Part shown: positions 17,513-29,450 of the stretch, piece by piece
Position numbering within the stretch: the stretch's first letter is position 1
Layout of the letters: each line of letters starts with the position of its first letter
Assembly: GCA_947628715.1 (NCBI GenBank)
Contig: CANRAW010000002.1
Span: forward strand, 21,206-85,205
Source of the DNA: an uncultured Clostridia bacterium
GTDB lineage: Bacteria > Bacillota > Clostridia > TANB77 > CAG-508
Direction: 5' to 3'
Length of the DNA: 64,000 nucleotides
Notes under the pieces: model-generated
The model's input: only the letters and a program-made list of their open reading frames with translations
What the model was told of the DNA's origin: nothing
Databases searched by the model: none
Made by a program: the position numbers and the translations under genes

Positions 17513-19711
17513 TTGGAGCTAAAGGGACAAATTGATGTAATTATATATTATAACGAAATAAATTCGTATACAATTGCAAGACTAAGAACAGAAGAAGATG
17601 GAGACATAACAATTGTTGGATATTTGCCTTTCGTAAATGTAGGAGATACAGTCATTGTTTATGGAGAATATGTAAATCATAAAGATTATGGAAAACAGTT
17701 TAAAGTAAGCACATTTAAGAAATGTATGCCAGAAACACTAGATGCACTTGAAAGATACTTAGGAAGCGGAAGCATTAAATGGGTAGGAGAAAAAACAGCA
17801 AAAAGGATAGTTAAGGAATTTGGAGACGAAACAATAGCTGTAATTGAGAAAAATCCAGAAAAATTGACGGTTATAAAAGGAATAACACAAGAAAAAGCAA
17901 TGGATATTTCCGAAAGTTTTATCGAAGGAAGAGAATTATGGAAAATAGTAAGTTTCCTAGACGAAATAGGAATAAGCTCGAGTTATGCAAAAAAAGTATA
18001 TGAAATTTATGGAACTAATGCTGTAGAAGAAGTAAAATGTGACCCATATAGGTTAATCGATGTTGTAAGAGGAATAAACTTTAAAACAATAGATGATGCA
18101 GCATTAAAAATTGGGATAGACTCAGACGACGAGCAAAGGATAGTGTATGGAATAAAATATGCACTTCTTTTAAGTTCATATAATGGGCACACATGCGTAA
18201 TAAAAAATAATTTGTTAGACTTTGTATCAACATTACTTAGAATTTCTGAAAACACGATAAACGATTTTCTAACTCAAATGAAGGCAAAAGGCATTATTTC
18301 TATAGAAAAAAGAGATGACGAAGAGTGGATATATCTTACAGAATTTTATGAAGCTGAAATGTTTATTGCTGGAAAATTAATCAGACTAGATAATGTAAAA
18401 AACAGGAAAAGAATAAGTTTTGCAGAAGAAAAATTAGAAAAAATAGAAAAACAAAATAAAATAGAATTATCAGATAAGCAAAGAGAAGCAATATATGCAG
18501 TAAATGAACACAATGTATGTGTTATAACAGGAGGACCAGGAACAGGAAAAACAACAATAATAAAAAGCATAATAGAACTATATAAACAAGAAGGAAAAAA
18601 AGTTGTACTTTGTGCACCAACTGGAAGAGCAGCAAAGAAAATGACAGAAACAACAGGTGAAGAAGCAAAAACACTACATAGACTTCTTCAAATAACAAAA
18701 ATTGACGACACAAAATATATAAAAGAAGATATAGATATAGAACCAATAGATGCAGATGTCATAATAGTTGACGAAACATCTATGATAGATGTAAGTATTA
18801 TGTATTATTTGCTTAAAGGAGTATATGATGGAACAAAACTTGTGTTAGTTGGAGATGTAGACCAACTCCCATCTGTAGGACCTCGGAAGTATTTTAAAAG
18901 ATATAATTTCCTCAGAAAGGATTCATGTAATTGTACTTGATAAAATTTTTAGGCAAGCAGCAAAAAGCAAAATAATACTTAATGCTCATAGAGTAAACTC
19001 AGGACAATCTTTATTAGAAGAAGATAGTGAAGAATTAAATAAAGATTTCTTTTTAGTACAAGAAACAAATCAAGAAAGAATCTTAAATTTTGTGCTTTCA
19101 CTATATAAAGATGGATTAAAAAAGTTTAAGAATTATGAAGAATTTAAGAGTGTACAAATAATTACTCCTAGTAAAAAAGGAGAAGTTGGAACAAGAGAGA
19201 TAAATAAGAAAATACAAGAACTTATTAATAGAGAAGAGGCTGGAAAAAAGGAAAAGAAAATAGGACAAGTAACATATAGAGAGGGAGACCTCGTAATGCA
19301 AATGAAAAACAACTATGATATAGAATGGGAACAAAATGGATTTACAGGTAATGGAATTTTTAATGGAGAAATGGGAACTATTACCAGAATAAGTACAATT
19401 TCAGAATATGTTGATGTAGATTTCGATGGAAAAATTGCAAGGTATCAGTTTTCAGACTTAGAGCAAATAGAACACTCTTACGCAATAACAGTACATAAAT
19501 CACAAGGAAGCGAATTTGATGTAGTAATTATGCCAATCGTAAAATCAGCACCAATGCTACTCACAAGAAACCTTTTATATACAGCAATTACAAGAGCAAA
19601 AAAGCTCTTAATAATAGTTCGGTAGCAAAGATATTGTAAATTTCATGATAAAAAATACAGATGCAAAAATAAGAAATACACGGCTTAGAATATAAAATGG
19701 AAAATATTTAA
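17513..19711 (+). CDS. recD2: ATP-dependent RecD2-like DNA helicase. Needs three +1 shifts at CGG.
   Basis: TTG start. Motifs are ITGGPGTGKTT and VDETSM. In-frame CGG has its C at 18884, 19620 and 19681. The restored sequence is ..[39 protein letters not shown].., ..AKKLLIIVGSKDIVNFMIKN.. and ..IRNTGLEYKMENI, with TAA at 19709-19711. Confidence 0.8.
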
Positions 19712-19728
19712 AAGGAGAGTGCTTTAAT

Positions 19729-20367
19729 ATATTAGAATTTCTAATTAGTTTACTATATCCAAACGTATGTGGCTTTTGTGGAAAAATTAATAAAGAAAGT
19801 CTATGTGAAGATTGTAGTAAAAAGATAAGTCAAAAGTTATTATACAAAGTAGAAGAAAAAGAAAATAAATATTTTGAAAAACACATATATATTGTAGATT
19901 ATGAAGGCTTTTTTAGAGATATGATTTTATCATATAAATTCAGAGATAAATCATATATGTATAAAACTTTTGCAAGAATAATATTAAATAATGAAAAAAT
20001 ATGTAGTATTTTAAAATCTTATGATATAATAGGAGCAGTACCAATACATAAAAAAAGAAAAGCAGAGCGTGGATATAACCAAAGTGAACTAATTGCTAAG
20101 GAAATTGCAAGAAATATAAAAGAAATACAATATGGAAATTTTTTAAAAAAGATAAAAAACAACGAAAAGCAAAGCACCCTAGATAAGGGAAAGCGAGCAG
20201 AAAATGTCAAAAATGTATATGAAATACAAAATAAAGATATAATATTTAATAAAAAAGTAATTGTATTGGACGACATTTACACAACTGGAAGTACAGTAAA
20301 TGAATGTAGCAGAATTTTAAAAGAAAATGAAGCAAAAGAAATATTAATACTAAGTATAGCAAAATAA
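19729..20367 (+). CDS. comFC: ComF family protein (ComFC-like phosphoribosyltransferase). The start codon is uncertain.
   Basis: PRTase motif is VIVLDDIYTTGST. The N-terminal zinc-finger-like segment LEFLISLLYPNVCGFCG..LCEDCS is in frame upstream of the first ATG (19921). No ATG/GTG/TTG is available. An ATA at 19729 lies 9 nt after GGAGAG. Confidence 0.65.
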   Translation: MLEFLISLLYPNVCGFCGKINKESLCEDCSKKISQKLLYKVEEKENKYFEKHIYIVDYEGFFRDMILSYKFRDKSYMYKTFARIILNNEKICSILKSYDIIGAVPIHKKRKAERGYNQSELIAKEIARNIKEIQYGNFLKKIKNNEKQSTLDKGKRAENVKNVYEIQNKDIIFNKKVIVLDDIYTTGSTVNECSRILKENEAKEILILSIAK

Positions 20368-20395
20368 AAATTACTTGGATAAAATGGAGGAACAA

Positions 20396-22357
20396 ATGGA
20401 AGAATTAGTTGAAAGTATACTTGATTATGTAAGAGCCGATTATACAGATTATGCTGTAATGATAAATCGGTGAATGGGGAAGCGGAAAAACTTATTTTTG
20501 GAATAATAAGGTAAGAAACAAAATCGAATCAATGAAATTAAATCGGAAAATCATTTACAACGATATATATGTCTTTATATCGGAATATCAAACCTAGAAG
20601 AAATTAGTAAAAAAATATTCATTGAAACAACACAGCTCATGGACAAAAACTTAAAGAAATTTATGAGCGCAAATGGAGTAACAAAAATACCAGAATATGC
20701 CAAAACAGGAATAGACATGGCAAACTTATTTGGCGTTACTCAAAATGGTGATAGAGTTGATTATTCAGACTTCTTTTCTACGGAAGATAAAGTATTATGC
20801 TTTGACGACCTAGAAAGAGCAAATGTTGATGTTATAGACATCTTGGGATACATCAATAATTTCGTAGAACATGACCATATAAAAACTATTATTATTTGTA
20901 ACGAAAAAGAGCTTTCAACAAAGCTAAAAAGTACAAACCTAGAAATGAAAACCTTTATTGCAACATATATTCTAGACAAAGAAAATGACTTAACAAAAAT
21001 TACAGATAAACCAATGGTAGAAAAAATCCAAGACAAGATAGAATATGTATTTGATAAAGCCAATGATTACGAAAGAATCAAAGAAAAATTAATAGGTGAA
21101 ACATTCGAATATCAGCCTAAATTTGATTATATCATAAATGGTTTGCTTATGAGATACGAAACAAACGAAGAACTCATAAGATTTTTAAGAGAATCAACAG
21201 GATTAATAATTACAACATTTAATAAAAGTGGAACAAGAAACCTAAGAATTTTAAAACATGCCTTAAACGACTTTAAGAAGATATTTGAAATGGTAACTAA
21301 AAACTACCCTAATATAAATCATAGAGTATTACAAACAATGTTAATATTCACAATAGCTGTATCTTTTGAAATAAAAGCAGGAAAAATAACAAAGGATAAA
21401 TTTGTAAACATTGCGAATAATGAAGAATACAAGGCAATACTTGTATCATCAAGAGTTTTAATGGATAATAGACAATTTTATATAAAAGAATTCGATAACA
21501 CATATTACTATAATTTTAAATCAGAATACAGATTTTTCAAATTCATTGAAATATATGTAAGAACAAGAATATTTGACATGAAAACATTTAAAAAAGACAT
21601 GGAAGTAATTATAAGCACAGTAGATACCTCTAATCTTCCTGGATACAAAAGACTTCTTACAGAAGAATATTGGAAAATCAGCGACGAAGACTTTGATAAG
21701 GTTATAGAAGAAATAATTGAAGCAGTAAAAACTGGAAAAACAACATTAATTGAAAACGTAAAATTATTTATATATTTTGATTATTTAATAAAAAAAGGCT
21801 TAATAAAGTATGACATGAAAACCGTAAAAAGCATATTTATAAATGGAATGAATATTTCTTCACTTGTATCGAGTTACTGTGATAATGTTGAAGAAGAGCT
21901 AGACACAATAGGAATAGGAGAAGCATCACCAGATGTAGAAGAAATACTTAGACATTTCCATAGCCTAAACTCAAAACTAAAAGATAGGATGTATATTGAA
22001 AAAGCAGATTCAATCTTTAGATGTATACCAATGAAAATGGAAGAATTCTATGAAAGATTTGATAAAGAATGTATGAATATACCAATATTTAAGTATTATG
22101 ACGTATATCAAACCTTCCAAAGACTATCATGTGCAAGCAACGAAGATATAGTTACAATAAAAGAAAAATTGCTAAACAGAGCAGATTTATATACAAAAGA
22201 AATTGAACCTGAAATGAAAAACATAAGACAATTAAAACAAGTAATAGACGATTATACAAAAGGAAAAGAAAATAGCATAAAATTAGTAATGCTAAAAGAT
22301 TTCTCAAAAGACTTAGGAGTAATATTAGATAAGTATAAAAATTCACTTTTTTCTTAA
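20396..22357 (+). CDS. KAP-family P-loop NTPase. Needs three +1 shifts at CGG.
   Basis: ATG at 20396 after GGAGG. In-frame CGG has its C at 20468, 20544 and 20581. The restored sequence is MEELVESILDYVRADYTDYAVMINGEWGSGKTYFWNNKVRNKIESMKLNGKSFTTIYMSLYGISNLEEISKK.., continuing into ORF 20639-22357. GxWGSGKT is the KAP signature. Confidence 0.7.
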
Positions 22358-22393
22358 ATAAAATGTGATTAATTCATAAATAAAAGGATGTGT

Positions 22394-23795
22394 ATGTTGT
22401 CTATGAATCAAAAATTAGAAGAATTTGAAAGATACCTAAGCAACAAAAATGTAGCAATTATTGGTCTTGGTGTTAGCAATAAGCCACTTCTTAAATATAT
22501 GTATGAAAAAAACGCAAAAGTTACTGTATTTGACGAAAGAGATGTAGATAATATTCCAAGAGAAGACTTTGAAGAAATGATAAGATATGAAGCAAGCTAT
22601 TGTTTAGGAAAAGACTCATTAAGAAAACTAAAAGGCTTTGACATTATTTTCAGGGCGCCAAGTTGTATGCCTACGAAAAAAGAAATAGTAGAAGCACAAG
22701 AAAATGGTGCAATTGTTACATCAGAAATTGAGATGCTAATAGAAATGTGCCCAGGAACAGTAATAGGCGTAACCGGCAGTGATGGAAAAACAACCACAAC
22801 AACATTAATATATGAAATGATAAAAGCAAAAGGATATAATTGCTATTTAGGTGGAAATATTGGAATACCACTATTTACTAAACTAAGAGAAATGACTGAA
22901 GAAGACTATATAATACTCGAATTAAGCAGTTTTCAGTTAATGAATATGAAAACAAGTCCAAAAATATCGGTAATAACAAATATTACACCAAACCATTTGA
23001 ACGTTCACAGCTCTTATGAGGAATATATAGAAGCAAAAAAGAACATTTTTAAATATCAAGGAAAAGACGGAATAGTTGTATTAAATTATGATAACGATAT
23101 AACAAGAGAGTGTGCGAAGGAAGCGGAAGGAAAAGTTATATTTTTCAGTAGTAAAGAAAAGTTAGAAGATGGAATTATCTTAGACGAAGAAGTAATAAAA
23201 TCTTGTGACGATAGAATAAGAAGACACATAATAAATGTAAAAGATGTAAGCCTAAGAGGAAAACATAATTACGAAAATATATGTGCAGCAATAGCTGCAA
23301 CAAAATCACTTGTAGATGTAGACACACAAATAAAAACAATAAAGCAATTTAAGGGAGTAGAGCATAGAATAGAATTTGTAAGAGAAATAGACGGAGTAAA
23401 ATGGTATAATGACTCAATAGGAACAAGCCCAACAAGAACAATAGCAGGACTTAACTCATTTGAAGAAAAAATCGTGTTAATTGCAGGTGGGTACGATAAA
23501 AACCTAGACTATACGCCTATTGCGAAACCAATATTAGAACATGTAAAAACACTAATTTTAATGGGGCAAACAGCTGAAAAAATATTTTTAGCAGTAAAAG
23601 AAGAAAGCGAAAAACAAGGTAAAAAAGTAGATACATATATGTGTGAAACATTAGAAGATACAGTAAGACTAGCAAAAAGATACTCAAAGCCTCGGAGAAG
23701 TTGTACTATTTTCACCAGCAAGTGCAAGTTTCGACTTATTCAAAAACTTTGAAGAAAGAGGAAAAAAGTTCAAAGAAATAGTAAATAATATTTAA
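22394..23795 (+). CDS. murD: UDP-N-acetylmuramoylalanine--D-glutamate ligase MurD. Needs one +1 shift at CGG.
   Basis: Motifs are [12 protein letters not shown] and NITPNHL. The CGG has its C at 23693. The restored sequence is ..[38 protein letters not shown], with TAA at 23793-23795. Confidence 0.85.
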
Positions 23796-23848
23796 CAAAA
23801 ATAAATCTCCTTGAATATATATAATTATATAAGAATAGGAGGTTTTTT

Positions 23849-24366
23849 ATGTATAATAACTATGAAGAGTACATGCAAAATGTTTTAGGGGTTAATAGAC
23901 CAAATACATATAGAGAAAATGAAAACTATTATTATGATGTACAAAGAGTAAATCAAAATATGCAAGAAATTAATAGTTTGTATCCAGAAATTTATGGTGT
24001 AGTATATCCGGTTGTACAAAAAGTATGTAGCAGAAGAAATGTATCAGGAATAACAAACGAACAAATTAATAAAATGGTAGAAGAAGTATATAATGTAATA
24101 GAGCCAGGAGACGACGTAATAGAGGAAAGGCAAAACTCTAAAAATGGAGATGTCAGAAATCCAAGAGCAAAAGAAACAAGAAGACCACAGTCACATAATA
24201 ATTATTTATTAAGAGACCTAATTAGAATATTAATAATTAGAGAGCTTTTGCAAGGTGGGAATATGGGATATAATCAAGGATATTCCATGCCAAGACCACG
24301 GAATGAACAATCAGCTAGGAGGAATGCCACAAATTTTCAGACCTCGGAAATCCAAGGATGTTTTAA
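23849..24366 (+). CDS. Hypothetical low-complexity (spore-coat-like?) protein. Two in-frame CGG lie near the C-terminus.
   Basis: ORF track 23849-24370. In-frame CGG has its C at 24299 and 24345. Applying the +1 rule gives a tail ..SMPRPGMNNQLGGMPQIFRPGNPRMF, with the stop at 24364-24366. No homology check is possible here. Confidence 0.5.
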
Positions 24367-24387
24367 ATAAAAAAATGACGAAAAATG

Positions 24388-24416
24388 TTGACACAAAAAT
24401 ATAAAAATGGTAAAAT
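24388..24416 (+). promoter_or_regulatory. Sigma-A promoter of the metK leader
   Basis: TTGACA, 17 nt, TAAAAT, with a TGn extended -10 (ATGGTAAAAT). Confidence 0.6.
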
Positions 24417-24423
24417 AAATACA

Positions 24424-24571
24424 TTATCAAGAGTGGGCGAAAGAACCGGCTTTATGAACCCACAGCAACCTATGTAAAATAAGGTGCTAATACCGGCAAG
24501 GCTATGGCTTTGAATGATAGTGTATTTACATATAATAGACTTTTATTCTCTGCATATAGCAGAGATTTTTT
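24424..24571 (+). promoter_or_regulatory. SAM-I (S-box) riboswitch with its terminator
   Basis: TTATCAAGAGTGGGCGAAAGAACCGGCTTTATGAACCCACAGCAACC..AAGGTGCTAATACCGGCAAGG..GATAG matches the S-box core. The terminator is TCTCTGC-atata-GCAGAGA plus TTTTTT (24547-24571). It sits immediately upstream of metK. Confidence 0.85.
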
Positions 24572-24592
24572 AATATGAAAGGAAGTAATAAA

Positions 24593-25703
24593 ATGAAGAA
24601 ATATTTATTTACATCAGAAAGTGTAACAGAGGGACACCCAGACAAACTATGTGATTTAATATCAGATACAATACTTGACAAATGTTTAGAGCAAGACGAA
24701 TATTCAAGAGTAGCAATCGAAACGTTTGCATCAAATGACAAAATAACGATTGCAGGACAACTTAGTTCAAACGCAAAAATAGATATAGAAAAAATTGCAA
24801 GACAAGTTTTAAAAGACATAGGATATAGAGGAAAAGGAATAGATATAGACTATGAAAATTGTGTAATTGATGTAAATATAACAAAACAGAGCAGTGATAT
24901 TGCACAAGGAGTTGACGTAGGAGGAGCAGGCGACCAAGGAATTATGTTCGGCTACGCAAATGCAGAAACAGAAGAATATATGCCGTTTGCAATAAGCCTT
25001 GCACATAAATTATCAAAAAAACTTACTGAAGTAAGAAAAAGTGGAATTTTACCATACCTAGGGCCAGATGGAAAAACACAAGTTACAGTTGAATATGAAA
25101 ATTATACACCAAAAAGAATAGAAACAATCTTAGTTTCAAATCAACATGATGAAAATATTCCATTAGAAAAAGTAAGACAAGACATAATTGAAAAAGTAAT
25201 AAAAGCAGTTGTTGATAGTAAATACCTTGACGAAAATACAAAATACTATGTAAATCCAACAGGAAGATTTGTAATAGGTGGACCACTTGGCGATACTGGA
25301 CTTACTCGGTAGAAAAATAATTGTAGATACCTATGGCGGATATGCAAGACATGGTGGGGGAGCTTTTTCAGGAAAAGATGCAACAAAGGTTGACAGAAGT
25401 GCAGCATATATGCTTCGTCATATTGCAAAAAATGTAGTTGCCAATGGATATGCAGATAAATGCGAAATACAAATATCTTATGGAATCGGCATAGCAAAGC
25501 CTATATCAATATTTGTCAACACATTTGGAACAAATAAAATAGACGAAGAAGAAATAAAAGAAAAAATAGAAAAAACATTTGACTTAACACCAGATGGAAT
25601 AATAAAATATTTGGATTTAAGAAAACCAATATTTGCAAAAACTACTAACTATGGTCATTTTGGAAAAAAAGATTTGCCATGGGAAAAAATAATAAAATTT
25701 TAA
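24593..25703 (+). CDS. metK: S-adenosylmethionine synthetase MetK. Needs one +1 shift at CGG.
   Basis: N-terminus is [18 protein letters not shown]. The CGG has its C at 25307 (ACT CGG TAG). Skipping it restores the invariant [34 protein letters not shown]. Confidence 0.9.
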
Positions 25704-25813
25704 GTTACAAGCAAAAAAGCATGTTCAAATAAAAAGAATATGCTTTTTTTATGTATAAAATAGTAGATTTATGAATAAAAATTTGATATAATATATGTTA
25801 GCTTTTTTTAAAA

Positions 25814-26062
25814 TTGGAAAGGAATGAAGAAAGTGTGAACAATTTAGCCGAGCGACTAAAAAAAGAAAAAGATGTAATTTATATAAGCAGTATAAAATAT
25901 TATGGCAAAGAATATGTTAAGACTGCAAAAAAACTAAAGAGTGGTATTGAATATATATATTATGAAATAGAAAATGGCAGCATAAAAGATGTAGAAGATA
26001 AAACTATATTATTAGAATTAAAAGATATATGTGAAATATCAGACGGTAGTATTTTATATTAA
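25814..26062 (+). CDS. Hypothetical small protein (the start may be GTG at 25835)
   Basis: 82-aa ORF. No family recognised. Confidence 0.45.
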   Translation: MERNEESVNNLAERLKKEKDVIYISSIKYYGKEYVKTAKKLKSGIEYIYYEIENGSIKDVEDKTILLELKDICEISDGSILY

Positions 26063-26085
26063 AAAAGGAAAGTGTAGATTTTAAT

Positions 26086-27322
26086 ATGGGAACGACAGAG
26101 CATCCAGAACTTAGGAAACATATAATAAATTATGTAACATCAAAATTGGCACAAAATAGTGCATTTACAAAAGTATATGGAAACAACTATGCAGCTAAAC
26201 AGCTACAAAAAAATTTAAATAAAGTTTTTGTAGAGGATTATAGTTATGAAAATCGAGGAAAATATAATACAGAAACCGATTCGATGACATTAATAAAAGA
26301 AAATTTAGATAATAATGATATAACACCTTATGATATATATAATAATCAAGAAATGGGCAATATCGTAACACATGAAGGGGTACATGCAATTCTAAAAAGA
26401 TCTCCAAAGGAATGCTTGAGAAATAGGATACTATTAGGAACTGGAGTTTTAGAAATTTATAATAAAAATGTTGAACTTGGAAGAGGAATAAATGAAGGAC
26501 TAACTAATTGGATTTCAGGATGTAATGAAACATACATAGATTTAACAAGATTTATAAGAATTCTAGAACTTGCAATAGGAACAGATTCCGTTATGAGACT
26601 TGGAAAAGGTAGAATAAGAAAAAATGTTGTAAAACAGTTAAAAATGTCAGAAGATGAGACAATACATTTTTTATCGTTATTAGATGATATTTATAAAAAA
26701 GAGCGAGAATTAAATGCTTTACAATATTATAGAATTGTTTTAACAAATTATAAAAATAAAAAAGAAATAGCGCCAGAATCAAGAGAAAGAGTAGAACAGG
26801 ATTTTCAAATACTTAATAAAGATGCAAGATATAAAAAATTAATGAGTGGTAAAATGTATAGACAAAGCTTACAAAAAACACAAGAAACTGATACAATAAA
26901 AAATAGAATTTGTTTTATAGAATGTATGACAGATAATGCAGTAATTAGATATAAAAAAGATGTAAATGTTGTACAAGAACTATTATATCATAAATATTTC
27001 CAAGAAAAATTTACGCAAATGTGTCAAATGAGACAAATTCCCGGTCCAATGTTAAGAAAATTTCAAAGATTATATGAGCTAATAAATGTTAATATGATTG
27101 AAAATTACGAAAACCTAGATATAAGTAAATTTAGAGAGCAATTTATGAAATTACTAGAAAGAAATGAAATAACAGATACTAAAACAGTAAGACAAAAATT
27201 CAGAGAATCAATAAGACGCCCTAATATCGTTGATACACGAGAAAACACAAACATGATAAAAAGACACATAAATATAGTAGATGCGTCGAAACAATTTAGA
27301 GACAACCGGTAGACAAAAATAA
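26086..27322 (+). CDS. Hypothetical protein with an HExxH motif (putative zincin-like). An in-frame CGG precedes the annotated stop.
   Basis: The motif is THEGVHAIL. The last codons are AAC CGG TAG (C at 27307). The +1 rule would give ..QFRDNGRQK, with TAA at 27320-27322. Confidence 0.55.
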
Positions 27323-27338
27323 TTATTTTTATATAAAT

Positions 27339-29333
27339 ATGAGGAAATGTAAAATGAAAAAATGGAAAAATTTTATTTTTTTAGTGGTATTAATAATATA
27401 TGAAGAATTAATATTTTCAGCAAGTATATTTGGAACAATATCAAATATAGGATATGTAATACTTCTTAGTATTCCAATTGCTTCTGCTATATTTCTCATA
27501 ACAACAATTGCAAAAAAATGGAATATTTTAAGTACATATTTCTTTACCATAATTACGGTAATTATATTTATAGCACAATTTATATATTACAACATATATC
27601 AAGCAATAATTTCATTTTACTCTGCAACAAATGCAATGGTACAAATATGGCAATTTGTAGATACAATACTAGAAGTTGCCCTAGGAAAATGGTATGTAAT
27701 ATTGCTTATGATTTTACCAATTGTAATTTTAGTAGTTTTACATATTTTCAAAAAATTAGACTTTGAAAAAATAACCTTAAAGGATAGAATAATTACACTA
27801 ATAATTGCATTAATATCACAAATTATTGCAATATTGTGCATTACATTAATAAATCCAAACGATATATACTCTAACAAAAATCTATATTACAATGTTCACT
27901 CTCCAACAATTTCAGCAAACCGCATGGGAATACTTACAACAATGAGACTAGATTTACAAAGATTAATTTTCGGTTTTGAAGAAAATACAAATGAAACATT
28001 AAACACAGATATTGTATTAGAAAATAGTAATGAAGAAGAAATAAAGCCAAAAGAAATAGAATATAACACCCTTGATATAAACTGGGACGAATTAATTGAA
28101 AATGAAAGCAAAAGCAAAATTAAGACAATTTATGAATACATGAAAAATGCTCAGGCAAGTAATAAAAACGAATATACTGGTATGTTTGAAGGAAAGAACC
28201 TAGTTGTTTTTGTTGCAGAAGCATTTACAGACCTTGCAATCGATGAAAACATTACACCAACACTATATAAGCTATATTCGGAAGGATTCCAGTTTGATAA
28301 TTTTTATACTCCGCTATTCCCAGTTAGTACAGCAGATGGAGAATATATAACTGATACATCATTAATACCAAAAGAAGGAACATGGAGTTTAAGAGATGTT
28401 GGAAAAAATTATATGCCATATTCGTATGCAAATATATTTGAAGAAAAAGGATATAATTCTTTTGCATATCATGACCACTCAGCAACATACTATGACAGGG
28501 ATAAATACATGAAGGCTATGGGATATAACTCATATTTAGCAAGAGGTACAGGGCTAGAAAAAAGGATGAACTTAAAGTCATGGCCAAGTAGTGATATAGA
28601 CATGATAGATGTAACAACAAAAGATTACTTAACCGAAGAAAAAACTAAGTTTGTTACATACTATATGACCGTAAGTGGACACTTAAATTATACAACATCA
28701 GGAAATACTATCGTTAGAAAAAACTGGAATATTGTAAAAGATTTACCTTATTCTAGTAAAGCAAAAGGGTATCTATCAGCACAGCTTGAACTAGATAGAG
28801 CAGTTGAACTTTTGATAAAAAGATTAGAAGAAAGCGGAGAGCTTGAAAATACAGTAATACTTATTAGTGGAGACCATTACCCTTATGGACTAAACTTAAA
28901 AGAGATAAATGAATTATCAGATTTTGAAAGAGACGATACCTTTGAAAAACATCATTCTATAGCTTTAATTTGGAATAGCACTATGGAAGAACCTATTAAA
29001 GTAGATAAGATAGGATCAAGTCTTGATTTATTACCAACAATGCTTAACTTATTTGGCGTAGAATTTGATTCAAGATTGCTTATGGGAACAGACTTACTTT
29101 CAGACAATTCACCACTTGTAATATATTCAAATAGAAGTTTTATAACAGATTATGGCAGATATTCAAGCATAACAAAGAAGTTTGAAGCTTCAAAAGAATT
29201 AGAAGAAGGATTTGACGAAAACGAATATGTCTCTAAAATAAGTGATGTAATATATAACAAATATCAAGTATCTAAACTTATCTTGGAAAATAACTTCTAT
29301 GATGTTTTATGGAAGGCAATGGGGTGGAAATAA
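27339..29333 (+). CDS. LTA synthase family protein (LtaS-like membrane sulfatase-fold enzyme)
   Basis: Five N-terminal TM segments followed by an extracellular sulfatase-like domain (VVFVAEAF.., TADGEY, SGDHYPYG). No in-frame CGG. Confidence 0.75.
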   Translation: MRKCKMKKWKNFIFLVVLIIYEELIFSASIFGTISNIGYVILLSIPIASAIFLITTIAKKWNILSTYFFTIITVIIFIAQFIYYNIYQAIISFYSATNAMVQIWQFVDTILEVALGKWYVILLMILPIVILVVLHIFKKLDFEKITLKDRIITLIIALISQIIAILCITLINPNDIYSNKNLYYNVHSPTISANRMGILTTMRLDLQRLIFGFEENTNETLNTDIVLENSNEEEIKPKEIEYNTLDINWDELIENESKSKIKTIYEYMKNAQASNKNEYTGMFEGKNLVVFVAEAFTDLAIDENITPTLYKLYSEGFQFDNFYTPLFPVSTADGEYITDTSLIPKEGTWSLRDVGKNYMPYSYANIFEEKGYNSFAYHDHSATYYDRDKYMKAMGYNSYLARGTGLEKRMNLKSWPSSDIDMIDVTTKDYLTEEKTKFVTYYMTVSGHLNYTTSGNTIVRKNWNIVKDLPYSSKAKGYLSAQLELDRAVELLIKRLEESGELENTVILISGDHYPYGLNLKEINELSDFERDDTFEKHHSIALIWNSTMEEPIKVDKIGSSLDLLPTMLNLFGVEFDSRLLMGTDLLSDNSPLVIYSNRSFITDYGRYSSITKKFEASKELEEGFDENEYVSKISDVIYNKYQVSKLILENNFYDVLWKAMGWK

Positions 29334-29450
29334 AATTTCAAATATTACATTTACTTTACAAATATGTTAAAAATATTGACAAAAAATTACGGCAATGTTA
29401 TAAAATAAGTAGAAAAATTACGAAAAAAGAAAAATTTAGGAGATGTACGT

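Noticed and set aside
24380-24575. The structured region upstream of metK as a novel element
   Set aside because: It matches the well-known SAM-I/S-box riboswitch core followed by a terminator. I report it as a standard feature, not a novelty.
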